The position numbers and the translations under genes are program-made. Shown piece after piece: positions 36,214 through 48,471 of a DNA stretch of 64,000 bases (the stretch's first letter is position 1; every line of letters begins with the position of its first letter). The stretch is from Octopus sinensis (taxonomy: Eukaryota), in NCBI RefSeq assembly GCF_006345805.1, contig NC_043009.1, forward strand, positions 37,820,001 through 37,884,000, read 5' to 3'. The notes beneath the pieces are model-generated. The model did not search any database. It was not told where the DNA came from and was given only the letters and a program-made list of their open reading frames with translations.

Positions 36214-36415
36214 CCGTATCAGCATCTGAGGCATAAACAGCAATTGCAGAGGTTCCGATTGTTGCATTTTCATAGATGGCAGTGGTATAAGAGCTTGGAC
36301 TGAATATAGGCCCATTGTCATTAACATCTTTGATGTTCATGTAAATAGTTACCACAGAACTTTTAGGAACTGGCCCATGATCTCTTGCACTCACTAGAAG
36401 AGTGTATAATTGAAC
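36214..36415 (-). CDS. FAT4: FAT4-like exon C (202 nt, phase 0 to 1): VQLYTLLVSARDHG...DVNDNGPIF...ASDADT(G)
   Basis: tttcag acceptor, G|GTAAGT donor; continues the repeat begun in exon B. Confidence 0.94.
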
Positions 36416-36467
36416 CTGAAAGAAATAAAATATAATTCAGAGTAAGAATTTTAGCATTGCTTATCTT

Positions 36468-36730
36468 TTATTTGTTTCAGTCATTATCCTGCAGCCAAGC
36501 TAAGGCACCACCTTGAAGAATTTTTAGTTGATTGGATTAACCCAGAACTTATTTTTTGTTAAGGCTGGTACTTATTCTATTAGTCTCTTTTGCAGAACTG
36601 TTAAGTTACAGTGACATAAACACAGCCAAAATCAGTTGACAAGTGGTGTGTATGGGGAGGAGAATGCAGTGAGATGAACCTAGAACCATGTGGTTGAGAA
36701 GAAAGCTTCTTACCACATAGCCATGCCTGT
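36468..36730 (-). mobile_element. Older, internally deleted SINE family B, about 55 bp from the exon C acceptor
   Basis: Tail ttgtttcagtcatt and head ccacatagccatgcctg recognisable in reverse. Confidence 0.75.
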
Positions 36731-38172
36731 GTCTTATAAAAAAAATTAACTTATTTTTTAGTTTTGTTCAATGCACGTTCTTCAATGCTAGCATGGGCTT
36801 AGTTGGGAAAAAAACCCGAGACAGAATTTTTTGGCTGGATGCTCTTCCTGATGCCAACCCATATCTGTTTTTCAAGTAAGAGATTTTATTCAATCCAGAG
36901 CAATTTGAAGGCACAGAGCCAGTGGATGATTTGTTGACAGGAAATGCTAACAAACACCATTAATTGTAGTCATTGTATGTAGCTAAAGCTCAGTGTAGTT
37001 TTGTAAACATTCACACAGATATACACACATGGTGGGCTTCTTTCAATTTTCACCAACTGAAATCTCTCACAAGCCTAAAGAAGAAGACACCTGCCCAAGA
37101 TCCAGTGCAACGGGACTGAGACCACACCTATGTTGTTGACAAATTCCTAAACCATATCTTCTCCATTATTGACTATTTACAAACACAGTATGGAAACTAA
37201 AAAAATTCAGTATACCAAATTATATCATATTATATAAACACACATATGTTATACAAATATAAACAATATATATAACGTATTTGTGCGTGTATTCTTGCTT
37301 TAGAAAAGTCTGGTGAATATAATCCAAGATTTGAGTAAAATGGCATAGGTATTGAGCTGACTGTAGTTTTTAGCTTCATTACACATAATCGGGTTCCACT
37401 TAGCTTAACTATTCCACTGAGAAAATTGCAACTTTTAGCTAGTAAAAAAAAAAGGAAAAAAGCCAAAAGAAAAAAAAACAAAACAAAATAAAAGCTTGCA
37501 TATTGGTGTGAATTTGACAACTGTTATAAATTCTTTATATAAAAACACCAGGGGAGCTGAAACGAAATTGTTACATAAAGCATATTTATCTATTTAAAAC
37601 ATATTCAGTGTTACTGTGCAATGAAGTTATTGACCAAATGGTCTGGGAATTAGAACGCCTCTCACTCCAATATGTAAATCAGATTGTCCACCCATAGGTT
37701 AAGCAGCAATTTTTGCGCTTATTTTAGGATTTTATGGTTTTCTTAGCCACAGGCATAGCTGTGTGGTTGAAATGTTTGCCTCTCAACCTAGTAGTGGGTT
37801 TGAGTTCAGATTCACTGCACACTGTCTTCAGGAAATGTCTACTAATGTTCTACTACAGCACCAAGCCAACCAAATTCTTGTGAGTGGAATTGATTGACAG
37901 AAGCTGGAAGAGGGCCATTGTATAAATATGTATAGACCCCCTTCGGTCATGAATGACAATGGGACTGCACCAAGGAAGTTCCTCTCTGAAGTACAAGTCT
38001 GGGCAAGGTTGTTTATCGAAGAGCAGCAGTCGACCATGCATACCAACTTACCCTCTCCACACCCCTAATGTTATCCAAGGGACAGGCAAAGGCCGATACT
38101 ACTTGGCACCAGTGACTTTGCAATTCATTTCTACAGCTGAGTGAACTGGAGCATGGGGCCAGTTGGGCGGTA

Positions 38173-38413
38173 CTGGCAATGACCTTGTTCGAATCTTTTA
38201 CACATGCCACTGGCACAGGTGCCAGTAAGGTGATGCTGGTAATGATCATGTTCGAATGATGTCTTTTACGTGCCACCGGCACGGAGGCCAGATAGCCGCT
38301 CTGGCAATGATCATGCTCGGATGGTGCTCTTAACGCCCTACTAGCACGGGGCTTGAGTGCCAGTAATGCGACGCTGGCAACGATCACACTCGAATGGTGC
38401 CGTTTAAGTGCCA
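38173..38413. repeat. Four degenerate 63-73-bp tandem units derived from the family D / Nin-like domain
   Basis: Units start ctgg(c/t)aa at 38173, 38236, 38301 and 38374. Confidence 0.85.
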
Positions 38414-39200
38414 CATAATTCTATAAAGTGTATCATTATTATAATAATTAAAAAAAAAACAAAACTGCAGGCATGGTTGTATGGTTAAGAAACTTGTTTT
38501 GCAATCACGTTTTGCAATCACGTTTTCAGGTTCTGTCCTACTGGGCAGCATCTTGGGACAAGCCCTGGGTTGACCAATGCTTTACGACTAAATTTGGTCA
38601 ATGGAAACTGTATGGAAGTCTATTGTATATATGTGTGTCTTTGTATCTGTGTTTGTCCCCCACCATTGCTTCACGACCAGTGCTGGTTTGTTTGCATTAC
38701 CATGACTAAGTTCGGCAAAAGAGCTCAACAGAATATCAGACATAAAAAAATCCCCCAAAATGATGTAGTGGGGGCAGAAAGCAATACCCCAGCATTGTCA
38801 TCTAATGATTGAAACAAATAAGAGATAAAAGATAGTGTATATATATAAATCCTAATATTAGTATATAATTAGAACAGTATATAATGGTGGTGGTGAGGGG
38901 ATATACATATTCTATAACGTATCATTATCATCATCATTTTAATGTCTGTTTCCCCATGCTTGTATGGGTTGAATGGAGTTTGTTGTGGCATATTTTCTAT
39001 GACCTGACACCCTTCCTGTTGCCAACCTTCACCTGTTCCCAAGCAAGATAATATTTCCTTGTGGCCAGACATGTTTTTGCAGACCACTGGACATGAATGA
39101 CAGTGACTCTCATTTATTATTTTCATGTGATGTCAAGATATGGAGATGCAAATACTTGCTGACACACACACACATACACCACAGGCTTCTTTCAGTTTCT

Positions 39201-39615
39201 TATTTCTTTACTGCCCACAAGGGGCTAAACATAGAGGGGACAAACAAGGACAGACAAACAGATTAAGTCGATTACATCGACCCCAGTGCGTAACTGGTAC
39301 TTAATTTATCGACTCCGAAGGAGTGAAAGGCAAAGGTGACCTCGGCGGAATTTGAACTCAGAACGTAACAACAGACAAAATACCTATATCTTTACTGTCC
39401 ACAAGGGGCTACACACAAAGGGGACAAACAAGGACAGACAAAGGGATTAAATCGATTATATTGACCCCAGTGCGTAACTGGTACTTAATTTATTGACCCC
39501 CGAAAGGATGAAAGGCAAAGTCGACCTCAGCAGAATTTGAACTCAGAATGTAACGACAGACGAAATACAGCTAAGCATTTTGCCCGGCGTGCTAACGTTT
39601 CTGCTAGTTTGCCAC
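39201..39615 (-). mobile_element. SINE family A dimer inside a SINE B, 15-bp TSD
   Basis: TSD cttctttcagtttct at 39186-39200 and 39616-39630; internal junction aaagatatag|gtatttt. Confidence 0.9.
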
Positions 39616-40224
39616 CTTCTTTCAGTTTCTGGCAAAACAAATTTACTCACAAGGCTTTGATTGGCCTAGCACTGTAATTAAAAAAACACTTGCCCAAGGT
39701 GTTATACAGTAGGGCTGAAACCAGAACCATGTGGTTGGAAAGCAAACTTTTTAGCCATACTGTACCTATATGAGCTGATAATATTTAAAAGATTGAGAAT
39801 GAGGTAATTCAGCAAACAAAATAAATAAAATTATTGCACTTGAACAAGCACCTTATGCAATGTTTATTACTGAAGTGAAAAAATTAATTCTAAATACGGA
39901 GATATATATTCAGCCTTGCTCTAAAATAACTTTTGGTTTATATATCTCTGGAGGGAATATGTGGGCTTGACAACTGAAAGATTACAATTTTATTCAGCTC
40001 CAGTGCAGTCAGGGCCACTTAAACTTTCTCGCAATCAGATTAGATTCCCTCATGGGGTTATAACCACAAAATTATTTTACGGCAGCAAAAGATAAATACA
40101 TATTAATACTAACTTTATTTCTGGTTAACCTTGCAACAAACATACATTTACACTTAAATAAATTTGTACACACACATACAAACAGTGCTTCTGTGTGCGC
40201 GTGTGTGTATGTATATGTATATGT

Positions 40225-40520
40225 ATACCAGCATTGCCTTACTGGCACCTGTGCCATTGGCATGTGTAAAAAAAAAAAAAAAAAAAAAAAATCGAGTGAG
40301 GTTGTTGCCAGTGCCACCTACTGGCCCCCGTGCTGGTGGTACGTAAAAGCACCCACTATACTCTTGGAGTGGTTGGCGTTAGGAAGGGTATCCAGCTGTA
40401 GAAACTCTGCCAGATCAAGATTGGAGCCTGGTGCAGCCATCTGGTTCATCAGCCCTCAGTCAAACAGTCCAACCCATGCTAGCATGGAAAGCGGACGTTA
40501 AACGATGATGATTATGATGA
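40225..40520 (+). mobile_element. RTE-tail / Nin(Deu)-domain-like repeat family D (others: 8855-9140 +, 15120-15560 +, 27000-27220 -, 28590-29110 +, 38920-39130 -, 44690-44850 -, 53095-53330 -, 62390-62760 -)
   Basis: ggtggtacgtaaaagcacccactata..ggcgttaggaagggtatccagctgtagaaac..ggacgttaaacgatgatgat. Confidence 0.8.
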
Positions 40521-40984
40521 TGTTGATATATATGTGTGTGTGTGTTACTGTGTTGATCAGGCTCGGATGTTGTTATACATCGCTAGTCACAACGCATTTC
40601 CTTGCATTGTCGCAGCATTTGAATAGCGTCACCTGGTGACAAGGTGGGCAAGTCAACATTACCCCCTGAACAGAATGCCAATCCGTGGCAGAGTTATCCA
40701 TTTACAACTGGGTAGACTGGACCAACATGAAATGAGGTGTTTTGCTAAAGAAGACAACACACCACCAGTCTGGGAATTGAAACCACAATCTGGTAATTAT
40801 CAGTGCAACACTCTAACCACCAGTCCATGCACCTTCACACGCACATATATAGAAATAGAGCTGTTGTAGCCTGTACTATGCTTTCACTATCTATTTTAGA
40901 TGCTTATGTTGTTGTAAGCAGACATAGACAATCTCTTGGTCCTCCCATCCATTGACTCAAGAGAAGATCAAGGATGTGCAAGTT

Positions 40985-41170
40985 GGAGAGAGAGGAGGAT
41001 GCAATGACAGTTGATGAGTTCAAATCCTGCTATATCATGGCATCTGACGTGGCTTTTTAAACCAGACAATGTTTTAGAAAGACACCTACATAAATTGCAT
41101 ATCTGATTTGAACCACCAAGAGCTGCAGACCTCCTGGCATACATTGCACTCAAAGGTGTGCACAGACATA
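40985..41170 (-). mobile_element. RTE-type LINE 3' end with terminal C2H2 zinc finger
   Basis: CNLCRCLSKTLSGLKSHVRCH matches the C..C....S..GL.SH.R.H finger at RTE ORF ends. Confidence 0.6.
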
Positions 41171-41213
41171 TAGGCAGAATAGTTGGTGGAGGTTCATTTA
41201 TATATATATGTAT

Positions 41214-41286
<73 letters not shown>

Positions 41287-41540
41287 TAAATATATCTATT
41301 TATCTATATATATACACATATATACATACACACATATATATACATATATACATACACACATATACATATATACATACACACATATACATATATACATACT
41401 CACATATACATACACACATACATATATACATACACACATATATATATATATATACATACACACACACATATATATGCAAATATATATATATATACATACA
41501 TATATACATAAAAATATATATATACATATATACATACATA

Positions 41541-41637
41541 CATATTCTTTATGATTCTGTAAATACACACACACACATATATATATATGTATACACACAC
41601 ACACACACATACATATTCTTTATGATTCTGTAAATAT

Positions 41638-41670
<33 letters not shown>

Positions 41671-41712
41671 CACACACACACATACATACATATTCTTTAT
41701 GATTCTGTAAAT

Positions 41713-41744
<32 letters not shown>

Positions 41745-41853
41745 GTATACACACACACACACATACATACATATTCTTTATGATTCTGTAAATACACACA
41801 CACACACACACATATATATATATGTATACACAAACATATTCTTTATGATTCTG
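41541..41853. repeat. Composite minisatellite: catattctttatgattctg anchor plus (AC)/(AT) spacer, five copies
   Basis: Anchors at 41541, 41612, 41689, 41770 and 41835. Confidence 0.95.
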
Positions 41854-42817
41854 ATTAGCCATAGCTCTAGCAATAACCATATGCTAAACCTCAATATACT
41901 TATCCTTCACAAACACATCATTCAAATGGTCCTGAGGAAGCTTTAAACTGTCACACTGGCACTCAGCTCCAAAAGTACAATTCCTCATAGCAGAAACAAC
42001 TGTATGGTAAAGAAAATGATTACATAACACTTGTTCTGTCATTCATTAACACACACACACACACACACACACACGTGTGTGTGTATGTATGTGTATATAA
42101 TTTAAGTGTAAAGCTACATAACTCACATAGGGGTCAAGGTTTTTGTGTTTCATATGTTCAGATACAGCACATGAAACATTTGGTATTTGAACCACTAAGT
42201 TTTATTGCTAAATAGGAAAAATATATGCTTTATATTTTAATATATTGAGTTATATTTCACCTGTTTGTACTACTACTTTGTAGAAATGAAGAAGAATGAA
42301 GATTATGAAGTCTAGGAAAAAAAAAATACTTATAGAATTCCAATCACATAAATGTTTTGATCTGAACTGAATCAGTTCACTGTGGCACCAAATTTCAAAT
42401 CAAACTGTTTTAATTTTAATGCAACATCTCAAATTAAATTTCCTGCAGACAAGTACAACAAAGGAATTGCCTACAAAATATTGGTGACATAGTAACAAAT
42501 AAGCGCTAGCTATCTTCATTTATTTACCAAATTGACTAACAGACTTCTGCTGTAGAGATGTTAGTGAAGATTAGTGAACAGGTTACTGATTTCAAGACTG
42601 ACAGAAGAATTTAATACTGACAAATAATCATTTGTAATTTAGGCATGCAGCAAGCCAGTTTAAGGAGAGGGGTTTAGTTGAGTACATTGGCTTGAGTACT
42701 TGGTGGCTGGTATTTCATTTTATGGAAGGATGAAAGTAAAGTTGCCCTCAAAATGTAAAATGGTGGAACAAATATCATAGTTGCTATTCCACTGCCTAAA
42801 TACTGATAAATAATGAT

Positions 42818-43315
42818 TACCGTAAATCCGCATTTTTCCCCCAAAATTTAAAGGTCAAAATCCCTAGTGCGTACTATATACGAGGTTAAAAATGAAAATA
42901 TTTCTAAGCAATGTTCGAGTCTCTATTTGCTGTCCGGCAATGTTTATTCAGACGCATTTTGTGATGTCGGGCTTGAAAATACCTTAAGCTAAGCCTGAAA
43001 GCAATGATGTCATAAAAGAATCATCCATAACTTGCAGTAAGCAACATTTATTAAACGTTATTACTGTTATTTCTTTATTTTCTGCAAATAAAATGCACAA
43101 AAAAGCTACACGTTTGCATTATGTTATATATACAATAATAATAAAGGATGTTATCGTATACATTTTTACAAACCAAGGACGTTGTATAGACCTTGACTCA
43201 AGTTAGTGAGGGGGTGCATATCATACACAAGGTTTAGGTTTTTCAGAGGTACAGCTCCCTAAAAATCCCCTGTGTATTATTCTCAAGGGCAGACTATACT
43301 TGAGGATTTATGGTA
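42818..43315. mobile_element. Non-autonomous pogo/Tigger-type (Tc1/mariner superfamily) DNA element
   Basis: Terminal inverted repeats taccgtaaatcc and ggatttatggta with TA ends; left subterminal region appears deleted. Confidence 0.75.
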
Positions 43316-43625
43316 TGTGAGTGCCTGTGTTTATTATAGGTCAACATGACACTTTAAAAATGCAGTATCTGTTCTAACACAGGGCTTCAGATCAAATCTA
43401 ATGACAGAAATACAAAATGGAAATTTCTTTATCTTTTCTCTTTAACTTGTTTTAGATATTGGACTGCAGTCATGCTGGGACACTACCCTCAAGGACTGTC
43501 GAAGTATAATCATACAAATCCTATCATCCCCGGTTCTTATTTTTTCTATCAGTTTCTTTTGCTGAATGTAAACAAACCAACATCAGTCATTAAGTGATGG
43601 GATGGGCACAAACACAAACTCAAAG

Positions 43626-43656
<31 letters not shown>

Positions 43657-44065
43657 AGCTTCTACCCAATTTCTGTTTACCAGCATTGGTTGGCTTGAAG
43701 CTATAGTAGAAGATACTTCTTCCAGGTGTTGTGCAATGGGACTGAACCTGAAATCACGTGGTTGTAAAGCGAGATTCATAAGCATACAGCTATGACTGTG
43801 CCAATTCATTTCTCTTTAAAATATTTACGGTGCTCAGTTCTGAGAGTTATTGTATTCTTAATTTGAAAAACTATTGTCTCCTGATGCCACTTAATTATTC
43901 AAATATTATGCATTAACAAATATATAAAACAGGAAATAAAATAATTTACAAATAAATAAATAAATAAATACATAAATAAACAAAATATAAGGCTGGATGC
44001 TGAAAATAAGCTATATTTATTTTACAAATTTCCAATAGCATTTCAATAAAAGGCTGTTTACATAC

Positions 44066-44409
44066 CTGTTCAAAATCAAGGCTTGATTTCAGTGTAAAAG
44101 TTCCTGTTCTTGGATCAAGATCAAAAACATCCTTTCCCCAGTCTGTTAACAAATGATAGGAGACAGTTCCGTTAGGGCCATCGTCCGGATCTTGGGCAAG
44201 TATGCTGCCTATAGTTGAGTTGATTGGCAGATCTTCTAAGAGATCAAACGTATAAATGGACTTGTTAAATTTAGGGACATTATCGTTGATATCAAGTATG
44301 TTTATTTGCACCATAGCTGTAGCAGAATGGACACCATCAAATGCAGACAAATGCAGGTTGTAGCGAGGCATTCTTTCTCGATCCAAATGGTTTCGTAATG
44401 ACAAGATTC
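44066..44409 (-). CDS. FAT4: FAT4-like exon B (344 nt, phase 1 to 0): ILSLRNHLDRE...LLTDWGKDVFDLDPRTGTFTLKSSLDFEQ
   Basis: ttttcaaag acceptor, CAG|GTATGT donor; LDRE, DINDN, DPDDG and LDFE motifs; the LLTDW..VF.L.P.TG motif is one I recall from Drosophila Fat (needs BLAST confirmation). Confidence 0.93.
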
Positions 44410-47124
44410 CTTTGAAAATAAAAATAGGATTGATAATATAATAAAATAAAAAAGATGAAAAATACAAAAAAAAAATTGTTAAAATATACGAATTAGTCAT
44501 AATATGAAATACAATTGTTTCATCATTTTCATAAGTAAACTAACATATTTTATAAATAATTTCTCTCTTGTTGTCAAGCCCTGAATTAACCCTCAGCAAG
44601 TAGACTCATGATCAAAGAGATTCCAGTTATGGCTATCCCATATTTTTTAAAGGGAATTATCATCATTCATACCCTCCTCATAATGTAATGTCTGTTTTCC
44701 ATGCTGGTAGGCTTTACAGTTGGATAGAATCTGGTGAGTCACACAGCTGCATTATTTCCATGGCTGGATACCCTTCCTAATGCCAACCACTTTACAATGT
44801 GTAGTGGGTGCATTTTTTTGTGCTACCAGTACAAGTGGGGTTGCTAAGTAATTTACAAGACAGAAAGATCAAGAAAAGGAGGGAAAAATGAGAAAAGGGG
44901 AAAAAGCTGCCTTGACTAAGTGGGGATGTATCTGAGAGGATGGAGAGGAGATTTTATGTCAGGGACTAGCAGAGGTACCTTGCAATAGAGAAGTTACATG
45001 GTTACACCACATTTATATGAGGGTGGGAATATCTGGGAAAGAGGTAAGATGGTAGTAATAGGGTGCCAGAGAAAAACCCTCAAGGAGCAAGAGATGATAC
45101 GAGTAGTGGATCAGAAGTAGGGATGAGAGAATGTAGGACTGTTAAGATGGCAAATTGGTAGAACCATCAGCACATCAGAAAAATGCCTTCTGAGTTCAAA
45201 TCCTGCTAAGGTCAACTTTATCTTTCCCCCTTTTGGGGACTGATAAATAAAGAACTAATGTTTGTGAGTGGACTGACAGAATTGTTAGAATGCTGGTCAA
45301 GCAGTATTTATTTTGAGCTTTCTATTCTGAGCTCAAATCTTGGAGCCTACCAGCCTCTATGGAAAAGTTTGGAATCACATTCATATGCACACCTATAGCT
45401 AACTATGGCTGCTAGCTTTAGAGAAAACTATGGTAGTTATCTTGCTGGAAACAGATAATGTTTGAAGACAGTGATGAGTATGTTAAATAATGTATTCCCT
45501 CCTTATTTAAGAATATGAGATTTGAAGGAGATATAGCTGCTATTTCTAGCTGATCTAGCAACCACAAAGAAGCTCTCTAGCTGGCTAAAATTATTTGTAT
45601 GTGTTTATAGTGGAGACTGTGACACAAAGGCAGCATAACAAACTATGTATTTATTTCATAAAGTAATTTATATATGGCTGTGTGATTAAGAAGTGCAGTT
45701 CACAGCCTTTGGTTCTGGGTTCAGTTCCATTGTACATCAACTTGTTTGAGTGTTGCTGCATGTATGTGTGTTTTGTGTCCCTTTGTGACATCACAGGCTA
45801 GGTATAAATGAGTGTTACCTTCATACAAATAGAGTCCTTTGGCTTACAATATTTTGTGGAAAAATGTCTGGCCGTAGGAAAACTTATCTTGCTTGGAAAC
45901 AGGTGAGGTTTAGTGACAGGAAGGTCATCCAACCTAGTAAACCTGCCTCAATGAATTCCATGTCACCCATGGAAGCATGGAAAAGTGGGTGTTGAAAAGG
46001 TAATATATATATAAATATATATGTATGGATCTTTTATCTTTTACTGTGGCTATGCTGGGGCACAGCCTAGAGGAAGTTTTATTTGAATAAATAGGCCCCA
46101 GTACTTATTTTTTATTTTTTTAAACCCTAGTATCTATTCTGTTGGTCTCTTTTGCCAAACCACTAAATTACAGGGATGTAAACAAACCAACACTGGTTGC
46201 TAAAGTGTTGGTTTGTTTGTGTGTGTGTGTGTGTGTGTATGTGTGACAGGCTTCTTTCAGCTTTCGTCCACCAAATCCACTCACAAGGCTTTGGTTGACC
46301 TGGGAACTATAGAAGAAGACAATTGCCCAAGGTGCCACACAGGGGAACTGAACCTGTAACCATGTGGTTGGGAAGCAAATTTCTTACCATGCAGCCAAAG
46401 ATCTTTGCAAGTCTTAAAAAAAAAAAAAAAAAAAAAAATGGAGTGGTCATTTATGAAACATTTAACTTGAAATTAATCTGAAGCAGTAGAATTTTGAGAA
46501 GAACGAGTCTTAATTTGAAAAGTATGAAGGTCAAAATATGTAAAAGCATCAGGGGCTGTGTGAAGAATGTAGGATATGGGAAACAACTCAATAACTGTGT
46601 AGGTAGTACAATTAACAGGTCATACGATGTATGGTAAAGATTCTCAGGTAAGCCGACAAGAAACCAACACTTAGCTACAAGCGAGTATCAAGCAATTACG
46701 GGAAGAAATTTAAAAGAAAACTGCTGTTTTTCTTGGCACTATTTTTTTGTTTGTTTGTTAAAATAAATAAATAAATAAATAAATGAATGAAGATGATGTA
46801 CTGCATATACAAGAAATATGTGTTATGGGTAATAATGGTAGATTTTTAGCTGCTGGAGAGAATTAAGTTCAAGATGATTATTAAAGATTGGAAAAAAAAA
46901 ATATTGGGTGTTAGAGGCATTAGCTATTAAATGTAAGAGAGATGACAGCTTGTATAGGTATTCAATCTGATGCATGCTGTGTAAGAAAATGGTGTGAAAT
47001 AGTGTGAGTGTCTACAAGCATGAGAAGCAAGCCAAAGAAAACACACGATGAAGTAATTACATAGAAGTTCAGAAGGACAGTTATCAGAGATTTCAGCACG
47101 GTAAAAGAAAAAAAAAAAGAAGAG

Positions 47125-47169
<45 letters not shown>

Positions 47170-47316
47170 AAACTGATGGCAACTGCGATAAGTATACGAA
47201 ACCATATAGCACAGCAGACTGGTTTTTTTTTTGTGTGCGTATGTTTGAGTGTGGGTGGGTTGGTTTGAATAAAAAAAAAACAAAAAAACAAAACAAAAAC
47301 AAAAACTGCATTATGA

Positions 47317-47348
<32 letters not shown>

Positions 47349-47472
47349 AGGTTCGATGGAGTGAACATGATAAATGGAACTCAATACATGAGTATGTATT
47401 CTTATAATTTTTAATTTTCAGAAAGTTACAAAAGTGACTCAAGGACTGAGAGTTTCATGCAACTTTTTGTGA

Positions 47473-47848
47473 GGAGTGGCTGTGTGGTAAATAGCTTGCT
47501 TACCAACCACATGGTTCCGGGTTCAGTCCCACTGCGTGGCACCTTGGGCAAGTGTCTTCTACTATAGCCTTGGGCCGACCAAAGCCTTGTAAATGGATTT
47601 GGTAGACAGAAACTGAAAGGAGCCCGTCGTATATATGTGTGTGTATGTTTGTGTGTTTGTCCCCTAAACATCACTTGACAACCAATGCTGGTATGTTTAC
47701 GGCCCTGTAACTTAGTGGCTTGGCAAAAGAGACTGATAGAATAAGTATTAGGCTTATAAAGGATAAGTCCTGACGTCGCTTTGCTTGACTAAAGGCAGTG
47801 CTCCAGCATGGCCACAATCAAATGACTGAAACAAGTTAAAGACTAAAA

Positions 47849-47850
<2 letters not shown>
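47473..47850 (+). mobile_element. Full-length SINE family B (others: 38470-38830 +, 48285-48680 +, 52465-52870 +, 57685-58060 +, 43420-43810 -, 46040-46400 -, 49800-50120 -, 59229-59619 -)
   Basis: Shared family B motifs. Confidence 0.88.
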
Positions 47851-47889
<39 letters not shown>

Positions 47890-47919
47890 CATACACACAC
47901 ACACATACAAACACACACA

Positions 47920-48260
47920 CTGATGGAATTTGTGGAAGATGGAGACCCAGGAAGACATGGGATGAAGTACTAATGGCTGATCTCAAGACACTGAGCCTTA
48001 TGAAGGAGATAACAAAGGATTAAGATATCCAGCACCTTGCTGTACTCAAGCAGAATTGATACTGGTGCTGGAGGAACATAAAAAATACCCAGTGCACTCT
48101 ATGGAGTGGTTGGCTTCAGGACGGACATCCAGCCATAGAAAGCATGCTAAAACAGACAGTGGAGCCTGGTGCTGGCCCTTGACTGACCTCACCAGCTCTG
48201 GTCACACTGCCTGACCCATGCTAGCATGAAAGCAGAAGTTAAATAATGATGATGATGAAA
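47920..48260 (+). mobile_element. RTE-clade LINE 3' end: C-terminal coding remnant plus 3' tail repeat (family D) ending in (GAT)n
   Basis: GRWRPRKTWDEVLMADLKTLSL resembles the RTE GRPRKTW motif; it leads into the gtggttggc..aggacggacatccagcc tail. Confidence 0.7.
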
Positions 48261-48438
48261 TATATGTGAGTGTGTTTAGGTGCAGGCATAGCTGTGTGGT
48301 AAGAAGCTTGCTCCCAAGTCACATGGTCTTGGGTTCAGTTCCACTGCATGGCACCTTGGGCAAGTGTCTTCTACCATAGCCTTGGGCTGACCAAAGACTA
48401 GTGAGTGGGTTTGGTAGATGAAAACTGAAAGAAGCATG

Positions 48439-48471
<33 letters not shown>

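Noticed and set aside
37230-37520. 96-aa minus ORF behind a strong polypyrimidine acceptor at about 37440 (possible extra FAT4 exon)
   Set aside because: The intron is phase 0, and that frame hits a stop within 10 codons; the peptide is not cadherin-like.
41541-41853. CRISPR-like pattern of constant repeat and variable spacer
   Set aside because: Spacers are simple AC/AT runs, the context is a eukaryotic intron, and there are no cas genes.
41183-41946. Cluster of long ORFs of Y/I/H/T or C/V/M composition
   Set aside because: Translations of AT/AC microsatellite and minisatellite.
46604-46648. 45-nt plus-strand segment bounded by AG and GTAAGC (VVQLTGHTMYGKDSQ)
   Set aside because: Weak acceptor and no supporting homology; expected by chance in 64 kb.
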